Below, piece after piece: positions 36,901-51,900 of a stretch of 64,000 nucleotides of DNA. Every line of letters starts with the position of its first letter. Position 1 is the stretch's first letter. Position numbers and translations under genes: made by a program. Origin of the DNA: Balanoglossus misakiensis. Its lineage: Eukaryota; Animalia; Hemichordata. The stretch covers positions 62,001-126,000 of the forward strand of contig CM082578.2 in the NCBI GenBank assembly GCA_040954595.2, written 5' to 3'. Under the pieces are notes generated by a model. It did no database searches and was not told where the DNA came from. It was given only the letters and a program-made list of their open reading frames with translations.

Positions 36901-39900
36901 TTGCCTGTCAATTTATAGAGAAAGCCCGAATTTAACCAGGGCGTTTCAAACACCGACGTTAGTTGGGGGCACGGCCTGCAGTACTGCCGGGTAAGCTGAC
37001 ATCAGCGTACCGCATATAATGTAGGGGGGGGGGGACAGAACGGTTAAATACTACATTTATCAGATATCAGCTAATTTTGGACAATCATCTAAAATGTAAA
37101 TCATCTTTTCATATTTGGATATCTGATGATGTATGACATTTCCATTATATGTAAAAATGGTGCTGATTATAAAAATGCACTCTGAATGAGCTGATTTAAT
37201 GCAAAATTGCGTTTTATTCGTTTTTGCACCAAAAAGGTCATTTTTAGGCAAAACATTCTTTATTTTTTTAATTCGGTGACCTGATCATATATAAACAATT
37301 GCTTGTATGTTAAAAGTTTTTATGACTTTTAAAAGCAGTGACACTGGCGGCATTCAACACGAAAATAACAATTTTAGCCACAATTTGGTCAAAATGGTAA
37401 ATTTTTGAAAATTACAAAAAATACCTGTTTTCTACATTTTCGGAAATCTGATGGAGTATAGAATGCTCTTCGTACGTATATATCGATACAAATTCCACAA
37501 AAGACCGTCTAATTTGGCTCACTGCAGACAAAATTGCGTTTTACAAAATTTTCCTTGAAAATGTCATTTTTAGAAAAAAAAAATAAAAAAACCTTTTATC
37601 TTCGAATTTGGTGCCCTGATCATATATGACATGTTGATTGTATGTTAAAACTTTCGACCACTCCAAAAATGCAGAGATATTGACGGAATTCAAGAAAAAA
37701 TAGCCATTTTGGCCATATTTTGACAAAAATGGTAAATTTTTAAAAAATCATAAAAAATTAACTCTTTTCTTCATTTTCGGAAATATTATGGAGCATGAAG
37801 TGTCGTTCTCTTGTAAAAAGTGCTGCAAATTCCAGAAAAGGCGGTATAATTTGAATCACCCAAGACAAAATTACCATTTTCGACTTTTTTTCGAAAAATT
37901 GTCTTTTTTACAAAATAAATAAGAATTAATTCTTTTCTTAGTTTCAAACGGGTAGAGATACTTTCCACACGGGTTTTCTAACATTGAATTCCCGTTCATC
38001 AACTCAGATTTCCTACAGCATAAGTCGGCTAAAACCCTGAGACTTTAGAGCAGAAACAGTTGCACACTGGTAACGTTGAACAAGTCGATTTTTCTACGGC
38101 CTGGCTCGGCTAAATCTCTGTCACAATATGACAGACACTATCGTACGTTAGCAACGGTGATCAAGTCAGATTTTCAACGGCATGGGTTGGATAAAGCCCC
38201 GGCACTCTAGAGCAGAAACACGCGTACAGAGACCACGTTGATCAAGTCTGATCTCCTACGGCTTGGCTCGACTAAAACCCCGGCACACTATGACAGACAC
38301 TAGCGTTCGTTAGCAACGTTGATCAAGTCAGATTTCCTACGGCATGGCTTTGCTAAAGCCCTGACACTCTAGAGCAGAAACACGCGTACAGAGACCACGT
38401 TGATCTACTCACATTTCCTTCGGCCTGGCACGGCTGATGCCCCGGCACTATATATAGGACACAGACTGGCGTAAGTTAACAACGGTAATCACGTCGGGTT
38501 TCCTACGGCCTGGCTCAGCTGAAGCCCCGGCACTCTAGAGCAGAAACAGGCGTACATTGACCACGTTGATCAAGTCAGATTTCCTACGGCGTGACTCGGC
38601 TGGTGCACCGGCTCTATATGACACAGACTGGCGTAAGTTATCAACGGTGATTACGTCGGATTTCCTACGGCCTGGTTTAGCTGAAGCCCCGGCACTTTAG
38701 AGCGGAAACACGCGTACATTGACCACGATGATCAAGTCAGATCTCCTACGGCCTGGCTCGACTAAAACCCCGGCACACCATGACAGACACTAGCGTTCGT
38801 TAGCAACGGTGATCAAGTCGGATTTCCTTCGGCCTGGCTCTGCAAAAGACCCGACACTCTAGTACAAAGACGTTGGCTAAGTCGGGCAAACCGAACAGGG
38901 AAAGTCACAGCGGGTCAACACTCGACATTTGTTCCGGTAGGACTGCTTTATTGCCTGTCAATTTATAGAGAAAGCCCGAATTTAACCAGGGCGTTTCAAA
39001 CACCGACGTTAGTTGGGGGCACGGCCTGCAGTACTGCCGGGTAAGCTGACATCAGCGTACCGCATATAATGTAGGGGGGGGGGGGGAACAGAACGGTTAA
39101 ATACTATATTTATCAGATATCAGCTAATTTTGGACAATCATCTAAAATGTAAATCATCTTTTCATATTTGGATATCTGATGATGTATGAAATTTCCAATA
39201 TATGTAAAAATGGTGCTGATTATAAAAAATGCACTCTGAATGAGCTGATTTAATACAAAATTGCGTTTTATTCGTTTTTGCACCAAAAAGGTCATTTTTA
39301 GGCAAAACATTCTTTATTTTTTTAATTCGGTGACCTGATCATATATAAGCAATTGCTTGCATGTTAAAAGTTTTTATGACTTTTAAAAGCAGTGACACTG
39401 GCGGCATTCAACACGAAAATAACAATTTTAACCACAATTTGGTCAAAATGGTAAATTTTTGAAAATTACAAAAAATACCTGTTTACTACATTTTCGGAAA
39501 TCTGATGGAGTATAGAATGCTCTTCGTATATATATATCGACACAAATTCCACAAAAGACCGTCTAATTTGGCTCACTGCAGACAAAATTGCGTTTTACCA
39601 AATTTTCCTTGAAAATGTCATTTTTAGAAAAATAAAATAAAAAAACCTTCGTTCTTCGAATTTGGTGCCCTGATCATATATGATATGTTGATTGTATGTT
39701 AAAACTTTCGACCACTCCAAAAATGCAGAGATATTGACGGAATTCAAGAAAAAATAGCCATTTTGGCCATATTTTGACAAAATGGTACATTTTTAAAAAA
39801 TCATAAAAAATAAACTCTTTTCTTCATTTTCGGAAATATTATGGAGCATGAAGTGTCGTTCTCTTGTAAAAAGTGCTGCAAATTCCAGAAAATGTGGTAT

Positions 39901-42900
39901 AATTTGAATCACCCAAGACAAAATTACCATTTTCGACTTGTTTTCGAAAAATTGTCTTTTTTACAAAATAAATAAGAATAAATTCTTTTCTTAGTTTCAA
40001 ACGGGTAGAGATACTTTCCACACGGGTTTTCTAACATTGAATTCCCGTTTATCAACTCAGATTTCCTACAGCATAAGTCGGCTAAAACCCTGACACTCTA
40101 GAGCAGAAACAGTTGCACACTGATAACGTTGAACAAGTCGATTTTTCTACGGCCTGGCACGGCTAAATCTCGTCACAATATGACAGACACTAGCGTACGT
40201 TAGCAACGGTGATCAAGTCAGATTTTCAACGGCATGGGTTGGATAAAGCCCCGGCACTCTAGAGCAGAAACACGCGTACAGAGACCACGTTGATCAAGTC
40301 TGATCTCCTACGGCTTGGCTCGACTAAAACCCCGGCACACTATGACAGACACTAGCGTTCGTTAGCAACGTTGATCAAGTCAGATTTCCTACGGCATGGC
40401 TCAGCTGAAGCCCCGGCACTCTAGAGCAGAAACAGGCGTACATTGACCACGTTGATCAAGTCAGATTTCCTACGGCGTGACTCGGCTGGTGCACCGGCTC
40501 TATATGACACAGACTGGCGTAAGTTAACAACGGTAATCACGTCGGGTTTCCTACGGCCTGGCTCAGCTGAAGCCCCGGCACTCTAGAGCAGAAACAGGCG
40601 TACATTGACCACGTTGATCAAGTCAGATTTCCTACGGCGTGACTCGGCTGGTGCACCGGCTCTATATGACACAGACTGGCGTAAGTTATCAACGGTGATT
40701 ACGTCGGATTTCCTACGGCCTGGTTTAGCTGAAGCCCCGGCACTTTAGAGCGGAAACACGCGTACATTGACCACGATGATCAAGTCAGATCTCCTACGGC
40801 CTGGCTCGACTAAAACCCCGGCACACCATGACAGACACTAGCGTTCGTTAGCAACGGTGATCAAGTCGGATTTCCTTCGGCCTGGCTCTGCAAAAGACCC
40901 GACACTCTAGTACAAAGACGTTGGCTAAGTCGGGCAAACCGAACAGGGAAAGTCACAGCGGGTCAACACTCGACATTTGTCCCGGTAGGACTGCTTTATT
41001 GCCTGTCAATTTATAGAGAAAGCCCGAATTTAACCAGGGCGTTTCAAACACCGACGTTAGTTGGGGGCACGGCCTGCAGTACTGCCGGGTAAGCTGACAT
41101 CAGCGTACCGCATATAATGTAGGGGGGGGGGGGAACAGAACGGTTAAATACTATATTTATCAGATATCAGCTAATTTTGGACAATCATCTAAAATGTAAA
41201 TCATCTTTTCATATTTGGATATCTGATGATGTATGAAATTTCCAATATATGTAAAAATGGTGCTGATTATAAAAAATGCACTCTGAATGAGCTGATTTAA
41301 TACAAAATTGCGTTTTATTCGTTTTTGCACCAAAAAGGTCATTTTTAGGCAAAACATTCTTTATTTTTTTAATTCGGTGACCTGATCATATATAAGCAAT
41401 TGCTTGCATGTTAAAAGTTTTTATGACTTTTAAAAGCAGTGACACTGGCGGCATTCAACACGAAAATAACAATTTTAACCACAATTTGGTCAAAATGGTA
41501 AATTTTTGAAAATTACAAAAAATACCTGTTTTCTACATTTTCGGAAATCTGATGGAGTATAGAATGCTCTTCGTACGTATATATCGACACAAATTCCACA
41601 AAAGACCGTCTAATTTGGCTCACTGCAGACAAAATTGCGTTTTACCAAATTTTCCTTGAAAATGTCATTTTTAGAAAAAAAAAATAAAAAAACCTTTTAT
41701 CTTCGAATTTGGTGCCCTGATCATATATGACATGTTGATTGTATGTTAAAACTTTCGACCACTCCAAAAATGCAGAGATATTGACGGAATTCAAGAAAAA
41801 ATAGCCATTTTGGCCATATTTTGACAAAAATGGTAAATTTTTAAAAAATCATAAAAAATTAACTCTTTTCTTCATTTTCGGAAATATTATGGAGCATGAA
41901 GTGTCGTTCTCTTGTAAAAAGTGCTGCAAATTCCAGAAAAGGCGGTATAATTTGAATCACCCAAGACAAAATTACCATTTTCGACTTTTTTTCGAAAAAT
42001 TGTCTTTTTTACAAAATAAATAAGAATTAATTCTTTTCTTAGTTTCAAACGGGTAGAGATACTTTCCACACGGGTTTTCTAACATTGAATTCCCGTTCAT
42101 CAACTCAGATTTCCTACAGCATAAGTCGGCTAAAACCCTGAGACTTTAGAGCAGAAACAGTTGCACACTGGTAACGTTGAACAAGTCGATTTTTCTACGG
42201 CCTGGCTCGGCTAAATCTCTGTCACAATATGACAGACACTATCGTACGTTAGCAACGGTGATCAAGTCAGATTTTCAACGGCATGGGTTGGATAAAGCCC
42301 CGGCACTCTAGAGCAGAAACACGCGTACAGAGACCACGTTGATCAAGTCTGATCTCCTACGGCTTGGCTCGACTAAAACCCCGGCACACTATGACAGACA
42401 CTAGCGTTCGTTAGCAACGTTGATCAAGTCAGATTTCCTACGGCATGGCTTTGCTAAAGCCCTGACACTCTAGAGCAGAAACACGCGTACAGAGACCACG
42501 TTGATCTACTCACATTTCCTTCGGCCTGGCACGGCTGATGCCCCGGCACTATATATAGGACACAGACTGGCGTAAGTTAACAACGGTAATCACGTCGGGT
42601 TTCCTACGGCCTGGCTCAGCTGAAGCCCCGGCACTCTAGAGCAGAAACAGGCGTACATTGACCACGTTGATCAAGTCAGATTTCCTACGGCGTGACTCGG
42701 CTGGTGCACCGGCTCTATATGACACAGACTGGCGTAAGTTATCAACGGTGATTACGTCGGATTTCCTACGGCCTGGTTTAGCTGAACCCCCGGCACTTTA
42801 GAGCGGAAACACGCGTACATTGACCACGATGATCAAGTCAGATCTCCTACGGCCTGGCTCGACTAAAACCCCGGCACACCATGACAGACACTAGCGTTCG

Positions 42901-45900
42901 TTAGCAACGGTGATCAAGTCGGATTTCCTTCGGCCTGGCTCTGCAAAAGACCCGACACTCTAGTACAAAGACGTTGGCTAAGTCGGGCAAACCGAACAGG
43001 GAAAGTCACAGCGGGTCAACACTCGACATTTGTTCCGGTAGGACTGCATTATTGCCTGTCAATTTATAGAGAAAGCCCGAATTTAACCAGGGCGTTTAAA
43101 ACACCGACGTTAGTTGGGGGCACGGCCTGCAGTACTGCCGGGTAAGCTGACATCAGCGTACCGCATATAATGTAGGGGGGGGGGGGAACAGAACGGTTAA
43201 ATTCTACATTTCTCAGATATCAGCTAATTTTGGACAATCATCTAAAATGTAAATCATCTTTTCATATTTGGATATCTGATGATGTATGAAATTTCCAATA
43301 TATGTAAAAATGGTGCTGATTATAAAAAATGCACTCTGAATGAGCTGATTTAATACAAAATTGCGTTTTATTCGTTTTTGCACCAAAAAGGTCATTTTTA
43401 GGCAAAACATTCTTTATTTTTTTAATTCGGTGACCTGATCATATATAAGCAATTGCTTGCATGTTAAAGTTTTTATGACTTTTAAAAGCAGTGACACTGG
43501 CGGCATTCAACACGAAAATAACAATTTTAACCACAATTTGGTCAAAATGGTAAATTTTTGAAAATTACAAAAAATACCTGTTTTCTACATTTTCGGAAAT
43601 CTGATGGAGTATAGAATGCTCTTCGTATATATATATCGATACAAATTCCACAAAAGACCGTCTAATTTGGCTCACTGCAGACAAAATTGCGTTTTACCAA
43701 ATTTTCCTTGAAAATGTCATTTTTAGAAAAATAAAATAAAAAAACCTTCGTTCTTCGAATTTGGTGCCCTGATCATATATGATATGTTGATTGTATGTTA
43801 AAACTTTCGACCACTCCAAAAATGCAGAGATAATGACGGAATTCAAGAAAAAATAGCCATTTTGGTCATATTTTGACAAAATGGTACATTTTTAAAAAAT
43901 CATAAAAAATAAACTCTTTTCTTCATTTTCGGAAATATTATGGAGCATGAAGTGTCGTTCTCTTGTAAAAAGTGCTGCAAATTCCAGAAAATGTGGTATA
44001 ATTTGAATCACCCAAGACAAAATTACCATTTTCGACTTGTTTTCGAAAAATTGTCTTTTTTACAAAATAAATAAGAATAAATTCTTTTCTTAGTTTCAAA
44101 CGGGTAGAGATACTTTCCACACGGGTTTTCTAACATTGAATTCCCGTTTATCAACTCAGATTTCCTACAGCATAAGTCGGCTAAAACCCTGACACTCTAG
44201 AGCAGAAACAGTTGCACACTGATAACGTTGAACAAGTCGATTTTTCTACGGCCTGGCACGGCTAAATCTCGTCACAATATGACAGACACTAGCGTACGTT
44301 AGCAACGGTGATCAAGTCAGATTTTCAACGGCATGGGTTGGATAAAGCCCCGGCACTCTAGAGCAGAAACACGCGTACAGAGACCACGTTGATCAAGTCT
44401 GATCTCCTACGGCTTGGCTCGACTAAAACCCCGGCACACTATGACAGACACTAGCGTTCGTTAGCAACGTTGATCAAGTCAGATTTCCTACGGCATGGCT
44501 CAGCTGAAGCCCCGGCACTCTAGAGCAGAAACAGGCGTACATTGACCACGTTGATCAAGTCAGATTTCCTACGGCGTGACTCGGCTGGTGCACCGGCTCT
44601 ATATGACACAGACTGGCGTAAGTTATCAACGGTGATTACGTCGGATTTCCTACGGCCTGGTTTAGCTGAAGCCCCGGCACTTTAGAGCGGAAACACGCGT
44701 ACATTGACCACGATGATCAAGTCAGATCTCCTACGGCCTGGCTCGACTAAAACCCCGGCACACCATGACAGACACTAGCGTTCGTTAGCAACGGTGATCA
44801 AGTCGGATTTCCTTCGGCCTGGCTCTGCAAAAGACCCGACACTCTAGTACAAAGACGTTGGCTAAGTCGGGCAAACCGAACAGGGAAAGTCACAGCGGGT
44901 CAACACTCGACATTTGTTCCGGTAGGACTGCTTTATTGCCTGTCAATTTATAGAGAAAGCCCGAATTTAACCAGGGCGTTTCAAACACCGACGTTAGTTG
45001 GGGGCACGGCCTGCAGTACTGCCGGGTAAGCTGACATCAGCGTACCGCATATAATGTAGGGGGGGGGGGAACAGAACGGTTAAATACTATATTTATCAGA
45101 TATCAGCTAATTTTGGACAATCATCTAAAATGTAAATCATCTTTTCATATTTGGATATCTGATGATGTATGAAATTTCCAATATATGTAAAAATGGTGCT
45201 GATTATAAAAAATGCACTCTGAATGAGCTGATTTAATACAAAATTGCGTTTTATTCGTTTTTGCACCAAAAAGGTCATTTTTAGGCAAAACATTCTTTAT
45301 TTTTTTAATTCGGTGACCTGATCATATATAAGCAATTGCTTGCATGTTAAAAGTTTTTATGACTTTTAAAAGCAGTGACACTGGCGGCATTCAACACGAA
45401 AATAACAATTTTAACCACAATTTGGTCAAAATGGTAAATTTTTGAAAATTACAAAAAATACCTGTTTTCTACATTTTCGGAAATCTGATGGAGTATAGAA
45501 TGCTCTTCGTATATATATATCGACACAAATTCCACAAAAGACCGTCTAATTTGGCTCACTGCAGACAAAATTGCGTTTTACCAAATTTTCCTTGAAAATG
45601 TCATTTTTAGAAAAATAAAATAAAAAAACCTTCGTTCTTCGAATTTGGTGCCCTGATCATATATGATATGTTGATTGTATGTTAAAACTTTCGACCACTC
45701 CAAAAATGCAGAGATATTGACGGAATTCAAGAAAAAATAGCCATTTTGGCCATATTTTGACAAAATGGTACATTTTTAAAAAATCCTAAAAAATAAACTC
45801 TTTTCTTCATTTTCGGAAATATTATGGAGCATGAAGTGTCGTTCTCTTGTAAAAAGTGCTGCAAATTCCAGAAAATGTGGTATAATTTGAATCACCCAAG

Positions 45901-48900
45901 ACAAAATTACCATTTTCGACTTGTTTTCGAAAAATTGTCTTTTTTACAAAATAAATAAGAATAAATTCTTTTCTTAGTTTCAAACGGGTAGAGATACTTT
46001 CCACACGGGTTTTCTAACATTGAATTCCCGTTTATCAACTCAGATTTCCTACAGCATAAGTCGGCTAAAACCCTGACACTCTAGAGCAGAAACAGTTGCA
46101 CACTGATAACGTTGAACAAGTCGATTTTTCTACGGCCTGGCACGGCTAAATCTCGTCACAATATGACAGACACTAGCGTACGTTAGCAACGGTGATCAAG
46201 TCAGATTTTCAACGGCATGGGTTGGATAAAGCCCCGGCACTCTAGAGCAAAAACACGCGTACAGAGACCACGTTGATCAAGTCTGATCTCCTACGGCTTG
46301 GCTCGACTAAAACCCCGGCACACTATGACAGACACTAGCGTTCGTTAGCAACGTTGATCAAGTCAGATTTCCTACGGCATGGCTCAGCTGAAGCCCCGGC
46401 ACTCTAGAGCAGAAACAGGCGTACATTGACCACGTTGATCAAGTCAGATTTCCTACGGCGTGACTCGGCTGGTGCACCGGCTCTATATAACACAGACTGG
46501 CGTAAGTTAACAACGGTAATCACGTCGGGTTTCCTACGGCCTGGCTCAGCTGAAGCCCCGGCACTCTAGAGCAGAAACAGGCGTACATTGACCACGTTGA
46601 TCAAGTCAGATTTCCTACGGCGTGACTCGGCTGGTGCACCGGCTCTATATGACACAGACTGGCGTAAGTTATCAACGGTGATTACGTCGGATTTCCTACG
46701 GCCTGGTTTAGCTGAAGCCCCGGCACTTTAGAGCGGAAACACGCGTACATTGACCACGATGATCAAGTCAGATCTCCTACGGCCTGGCTCGACTAAAACC
46801 CCGGCACACCATGACAGACACTAGCGTTCGTTAGCAACGGTGATCAAGTCGGATTTCCTTCGGCCTGGCTCTGCAAAAGACCCGACACTCTAGTACAAAG
46901 ACGTTGGCTAAGTCGGGCAAACCGAACAGGGAAAGTCACAGCGGGTCAACACTCGACATTTGTTCCGGTAGGACTGCTTTATTGCCTGTCAATTTATAGA
47001 GAAAGCCCGAATTTAACCAGGGCGTTTCAAACACCGACGTTAGTTGGGGGCACGGCCTGCAGTACTGCCGGGTAAGCTGACATCAGCGTACCGCATATAA
47101 TGTAGGGGGGGGGGGGGAACAGAACGGTTAAATACTATATTTATCAGATATCAGCTAATTTTGGACAATCATCTAAAATGTAAATCATCTTTTCATATTT
47201 GGATATCTGATGATGTATGAAATTTCCAATATATGTAAAAATGGTGCTGATTATAAAAAATGCACTCTGAATGAGCTGATTTAATACAAAATTGCGTTTT
47301 ATTCGTTTTTGCACCAAAAAGGTCATTTTTAGGCAAAACATTCTTTATTTTTTTAATTCGGTGACCTGATCATATATAAGCAATTGCTTGCATGTTAAAA
47401 GTTTTTATGACTTTTAAAAGCAGTGACACTGGCGGCATTCAACACGAAAATAACAATTTTAACCACAATTTGGTCAAAATGGTAAATTTTTGAAAATTAC
47501 AAAAAATACCTGTTTTCTACATTTTCGGAAATCTGATGGAGTATAGAATGCTCTTCGTATATATATATCGACACAAATTCCACAAAAGACCGTCTAATTT
47601 GGCTCACTGCAGACAAAATTGCGTTTTACCAAATTTTCCTTGAAAATGTCATTTTTAGAAAAATAAAATAAAAAAACCTTCGTTCTTCGAATTTGGTGCC
47701 CTGATCATATATGATATGTTGATTGTATGTTAAAACTTTCGACCACTCCAAAAATGCAGAGATATTGACGGAATTCAAGAAAAAATAGCCATTTTGGCCA
47801 TATTTTGACAAAATGGTACATTTTTAAAAAATCATAAAAAATAAACTCTTTTCTTCATTTTCGGAAATATTATGGAGCATGAAGTGTCGTTCTCTTGTAA
47901 AAAGTGCTGCAAATTCCAGAAAATGTGGTATAATTTGAATCACCCAAGACAAAATTACCATTTTCGACTTGTTTTCGAAAAATTGTCTTTTTTACAAAAT
48001 AAATAAGAATAAATTCTTTTCTTAGTTTCAAACGGGTAGAGATACTTTCCACACGGGTTTTCTAACATTGAATTCCCGTTTATCAACTCAGATTTCCTAC
48101 AGCATAAGTCGGCTAAAACCCTGACACTCTAGAGCAGAAACAGTTGCACACTGATAACGTTGAACAAGTCGATTTTTCTACGGCCTGGCACGGCTAAATC
48201 TCGTCACAATATGACAGACACTAGCGTACGTTAGCAACGGTGATCAAGTCAGATTTTCAACGGCATGGGTTGGATAAAGCCCCGGCACTCTAGAGCAGAA
48301 ACACGCGTACAGAGACCACGTTGATCAAGTCTGATCTCCTACGGCTTGGCTCGACTAAAACCCCGGCACACTATGACAGACACTAGCGTTCGTTAGCAAC
48401 GTTGATCAAGTCAGATTTCCTACGGCATGGCTCAGCTGAAGCCCCGGCACTCTAGAGCAGAAACAGGCGTACATTGACCACGTTGATCAAGTCAGATTTC
48501 CTACGGCGTGACTCGGCTGGTGCACCGGCTCTATATGACACAGACTGGCGTAAGTTATCAACGGTGATTACGTCGGATTTCCTACGGCCTGGTTTAGCTG
48601 AAGCCCCGGCACTTTAGAGCGGAAACACGCGTACATTGACCACGATGATCAAGTCAGATCTCCTACGGCCTGGCTCGACTAAAACCCCGGCACACCATGA
48701 CAGACACTAGCGTTCGTTAGCAACGGTGATCAAGTCGGATTTCCTTCGGCCTGGCTCTGCAAAAGACCCGACACTCTAGTACAAAGACGTTGGCTAAGTC
48801 GGGCAAACCGAACAGGGAAAGTCACAGCGGGTCAACACTCGACATTTGTTCCGGTAGGACTGCTTTATTGCCTGTCAATTTATAGAGAAAGCCCGAATTT

Positions 48901-51900
48901 AACCAGGGCGTTTCAAACACCGACGTTAGTTGGGGGCACGGCCTGCAGTACTGCCGGGTAAGCTGACATCAGCGTACCGCATATAATGTAGGGGGGGGGG
49001 GGGGAACAGAACGGTTAAATACTACATTTATCAGATATCAGCTAATTTTGGACAATCATCTAAAATGTAAATCATCTTTTCATATTTGGATATCTGATGA
49101 TGTATGAAATTTCCAATATATGTAAAAATGGTGCTGATTATAAAAAATGCACTCTGAATGAGCTGATTTAATACAAAATTGCGTTTTATTCGTTTTTGCA
49201 CCAAAAAGGTCATTTTTAGGCAAAACATTCTTTATTTTTTTAATTCGGTGACCTGATCATATATAAGCAATTGCTTGCATGTTAAAAGTTTTTATGACTT
49301 TTAAAAGCAGTGACACTGGCGGCATTCAACACGAAAATAACAATTTTAACCACAATTTTGTCAAAATGGTAAATTTTTGAAAATTACAAAAAATACCTGT
49401 TTTCTACATTTTCGGAAATCTGATGGAGTATAGAATGCTCTTCGTATATATATATCGATACAAATTCCACAAAAGACCGTCTAATTTGGCTCACTGCAGA
49501 CAAAATTGCGTTTTACCAAATTTTCCTTGAAAATGTCATTTTTAGAAAAATAAAATAAAAAAACCTTCGTTCTTCGAATTTGGTGCCCTGATCATATATG
49601 ATATGTTGATTGTATGTTAAAACTTTCGACCACTCCAAAAATGCAGAGATATTGACGGAATTCAAGAAAAAATAGCCATTTTGGCCATATTTTGACAAAA
49701 TGGTACATTTTTAAAAAATCATAAAAAATAAACTCTTTTCTTCATTTTCGGAAATATTATGGAGCATGAAGTGTCGTTCTCTTGTAAAAAGTGCTGCAAA
49801 TTCCAGAAAATGTGGTATAATTTGAATCACCCAAGACAAAATTACCATTTTCGACTTGTTTTCGAAAAATTGTCTTTTTTACAAAATAAATAAGAATAAA
49901 TTCTTTTCTTAGTTTCAAACGGGTAGAGATACTTTCCACACGGGTTTTCTAACATTGAATTCCCGTTTATCAACTCAGATTTCCTACAGCATAAGTCGGC
50001 TAAAACCCTGACACTCTAGAGCAGAAACAGTTGCACACTGATAACGTTGAACAAGTCGATTTTTCTACGGCCTGGGACGGCTAAATCTCGTCACAATATG
50101 ACAGACACTAGCGTACGTTAGCAACGGTGATCAAGTCAGATTTTCAACGGCATGGGTTGGATAAAGCCCCGGCACTCTAGAGCAGAAACACGCATACAGA
50201 GACCACGTTGATCAAGTCTGATCTCCTACGGCTTGGCTCGACTAAAACCCCGGCACACTATGACAGACACTAGCGTTCGTTAGCAACGTTGATCAAGTCA
50301 GATTTCCTACGGCATGGCTTTGCTAAAGCCCTGACACTCTAGAGCAGAAACACGCGTACAGAGACCACGTTGATCTACTCACATTTCCTTCGGCCTGGCT
50401 CAGCTGAAGCCCCGGCACTCTAGAGCAGAAACAGGCGTACATTGACCACGTTGATCAAGTCAGATTTCCTACGGCGTGACTCGGCTGGTGCACCGGCTCT
50501 ATATGACACAGACTGGCGTAAGTTATCAACGGTGATTACGTCGGATTTCCTACGGCATGGTTTAGCTAAAGCCCCGGCACTTTTGAGCAGAAACAGGCGT
50601 ACATTGACCACGTTGATCAAGTCAGATTTCCTACGGCGTGACTCGGCTGGTGCACCGGCTCTATATGACACACACTGGCGTGAGTTATCAACGGTGATTA
50701 CGCCAGATTTCCTACGGCATGGTTTAGCTGAAGCCCCGGCACTGTGGAGCGGAAACACGCGTACATTGACCACGATGATCAAGTCAGATCTCCTACGGCC
50801 TGGCTCGACTAAAACCCCGGCACACCATGACAGACACTAGCGTTCGTTAGCAACGGTGATCAAGTCGGATTTCCTTCGGCCTGGCTCTGCACAAGACCCG
50901 ACACATTAGTACAAAGACGTTGGCTAAGTCGGGCAAACCGAAGAGGGAAAGTCGCAGCGGGTCAACACTCGACATTTGTTCGGGTAGGACTGCATTATTG
51001 CCTGTCAATTTATAGAGAAAGCCCGAATTTAACCAGGGCGTTTCAAACAAGGACGTTATTTGGGGGCACGGCCTGCAGTACTGCCGGGTAAGCTGACATC
51101 GGTGTACCGCATATAATGTAGGGGGGGGGACAGAACGGTTCAATACTACATTTATTAGATATCAGCTAGTTTTGGACAATCATCTAAAATCTAAATCATT
51201 TTTTCATATTTGGATATCTGATGATGTATGAAATTTCCATTATATGTAAAAATGGTGCTGATTATAAAAAATGCACTCTGAATGAGCTGATTTAATACAA
51301 AATTGCGTTTTATTCGTTTTTGCACCAAAAAGGTCATTTTTAGGCAAAACATTCTTTATTTTTTTAATTCGGTGACCTGATCATATATAAGCAATTGCTT
51401 GCATGTTAAAAGTTTTTATGACTTTTAAAAGCAGTGACACTGGCGGCATTCAACACGAAAATAACAATTTTAACCACAATTTGGTCAAAATGGTAAATTT
51501 TTGAAAATTACAAAAAATACCTGTTTTCTACATTTTCGGAAATCTGATGGAGTATAGAATGCTCTTCGTATATATATATCGATACCAATTCCACAAAAGA
51601 CCGTCTAATTTGGCTCACTGCAGACAAAATTGCGTTTTACCAAATTTTCCTTGAAAATGTCATTTTAGAAAAATAAAATAAAAAAACCTTCGTTCTTCGA
51701 ACTTGGTGCCCTGATCATATATGACATGTTGATTGTATGTTAAAACTTTCGACCACTCCAAAAATGCAGAGATATTGACGGAATTCAAGAAAAAATAGCC
51801 ATTTTGGCCATATTTTGACAAAATGGTACATTTTTAAAAAATCATAAAAAATAAAACTCTTTTCTTCATTTTCGGAAATATTATGGAGCATGAAGTGTCG

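Noticed and set aside
50420-50840. 27-aa repeat protein encoded by the 81-bp monomers
   Set aside because: Open only in one variant unit; elsewhere the ctctagag motif gives stops and the 85-bp monomer breaks frame.
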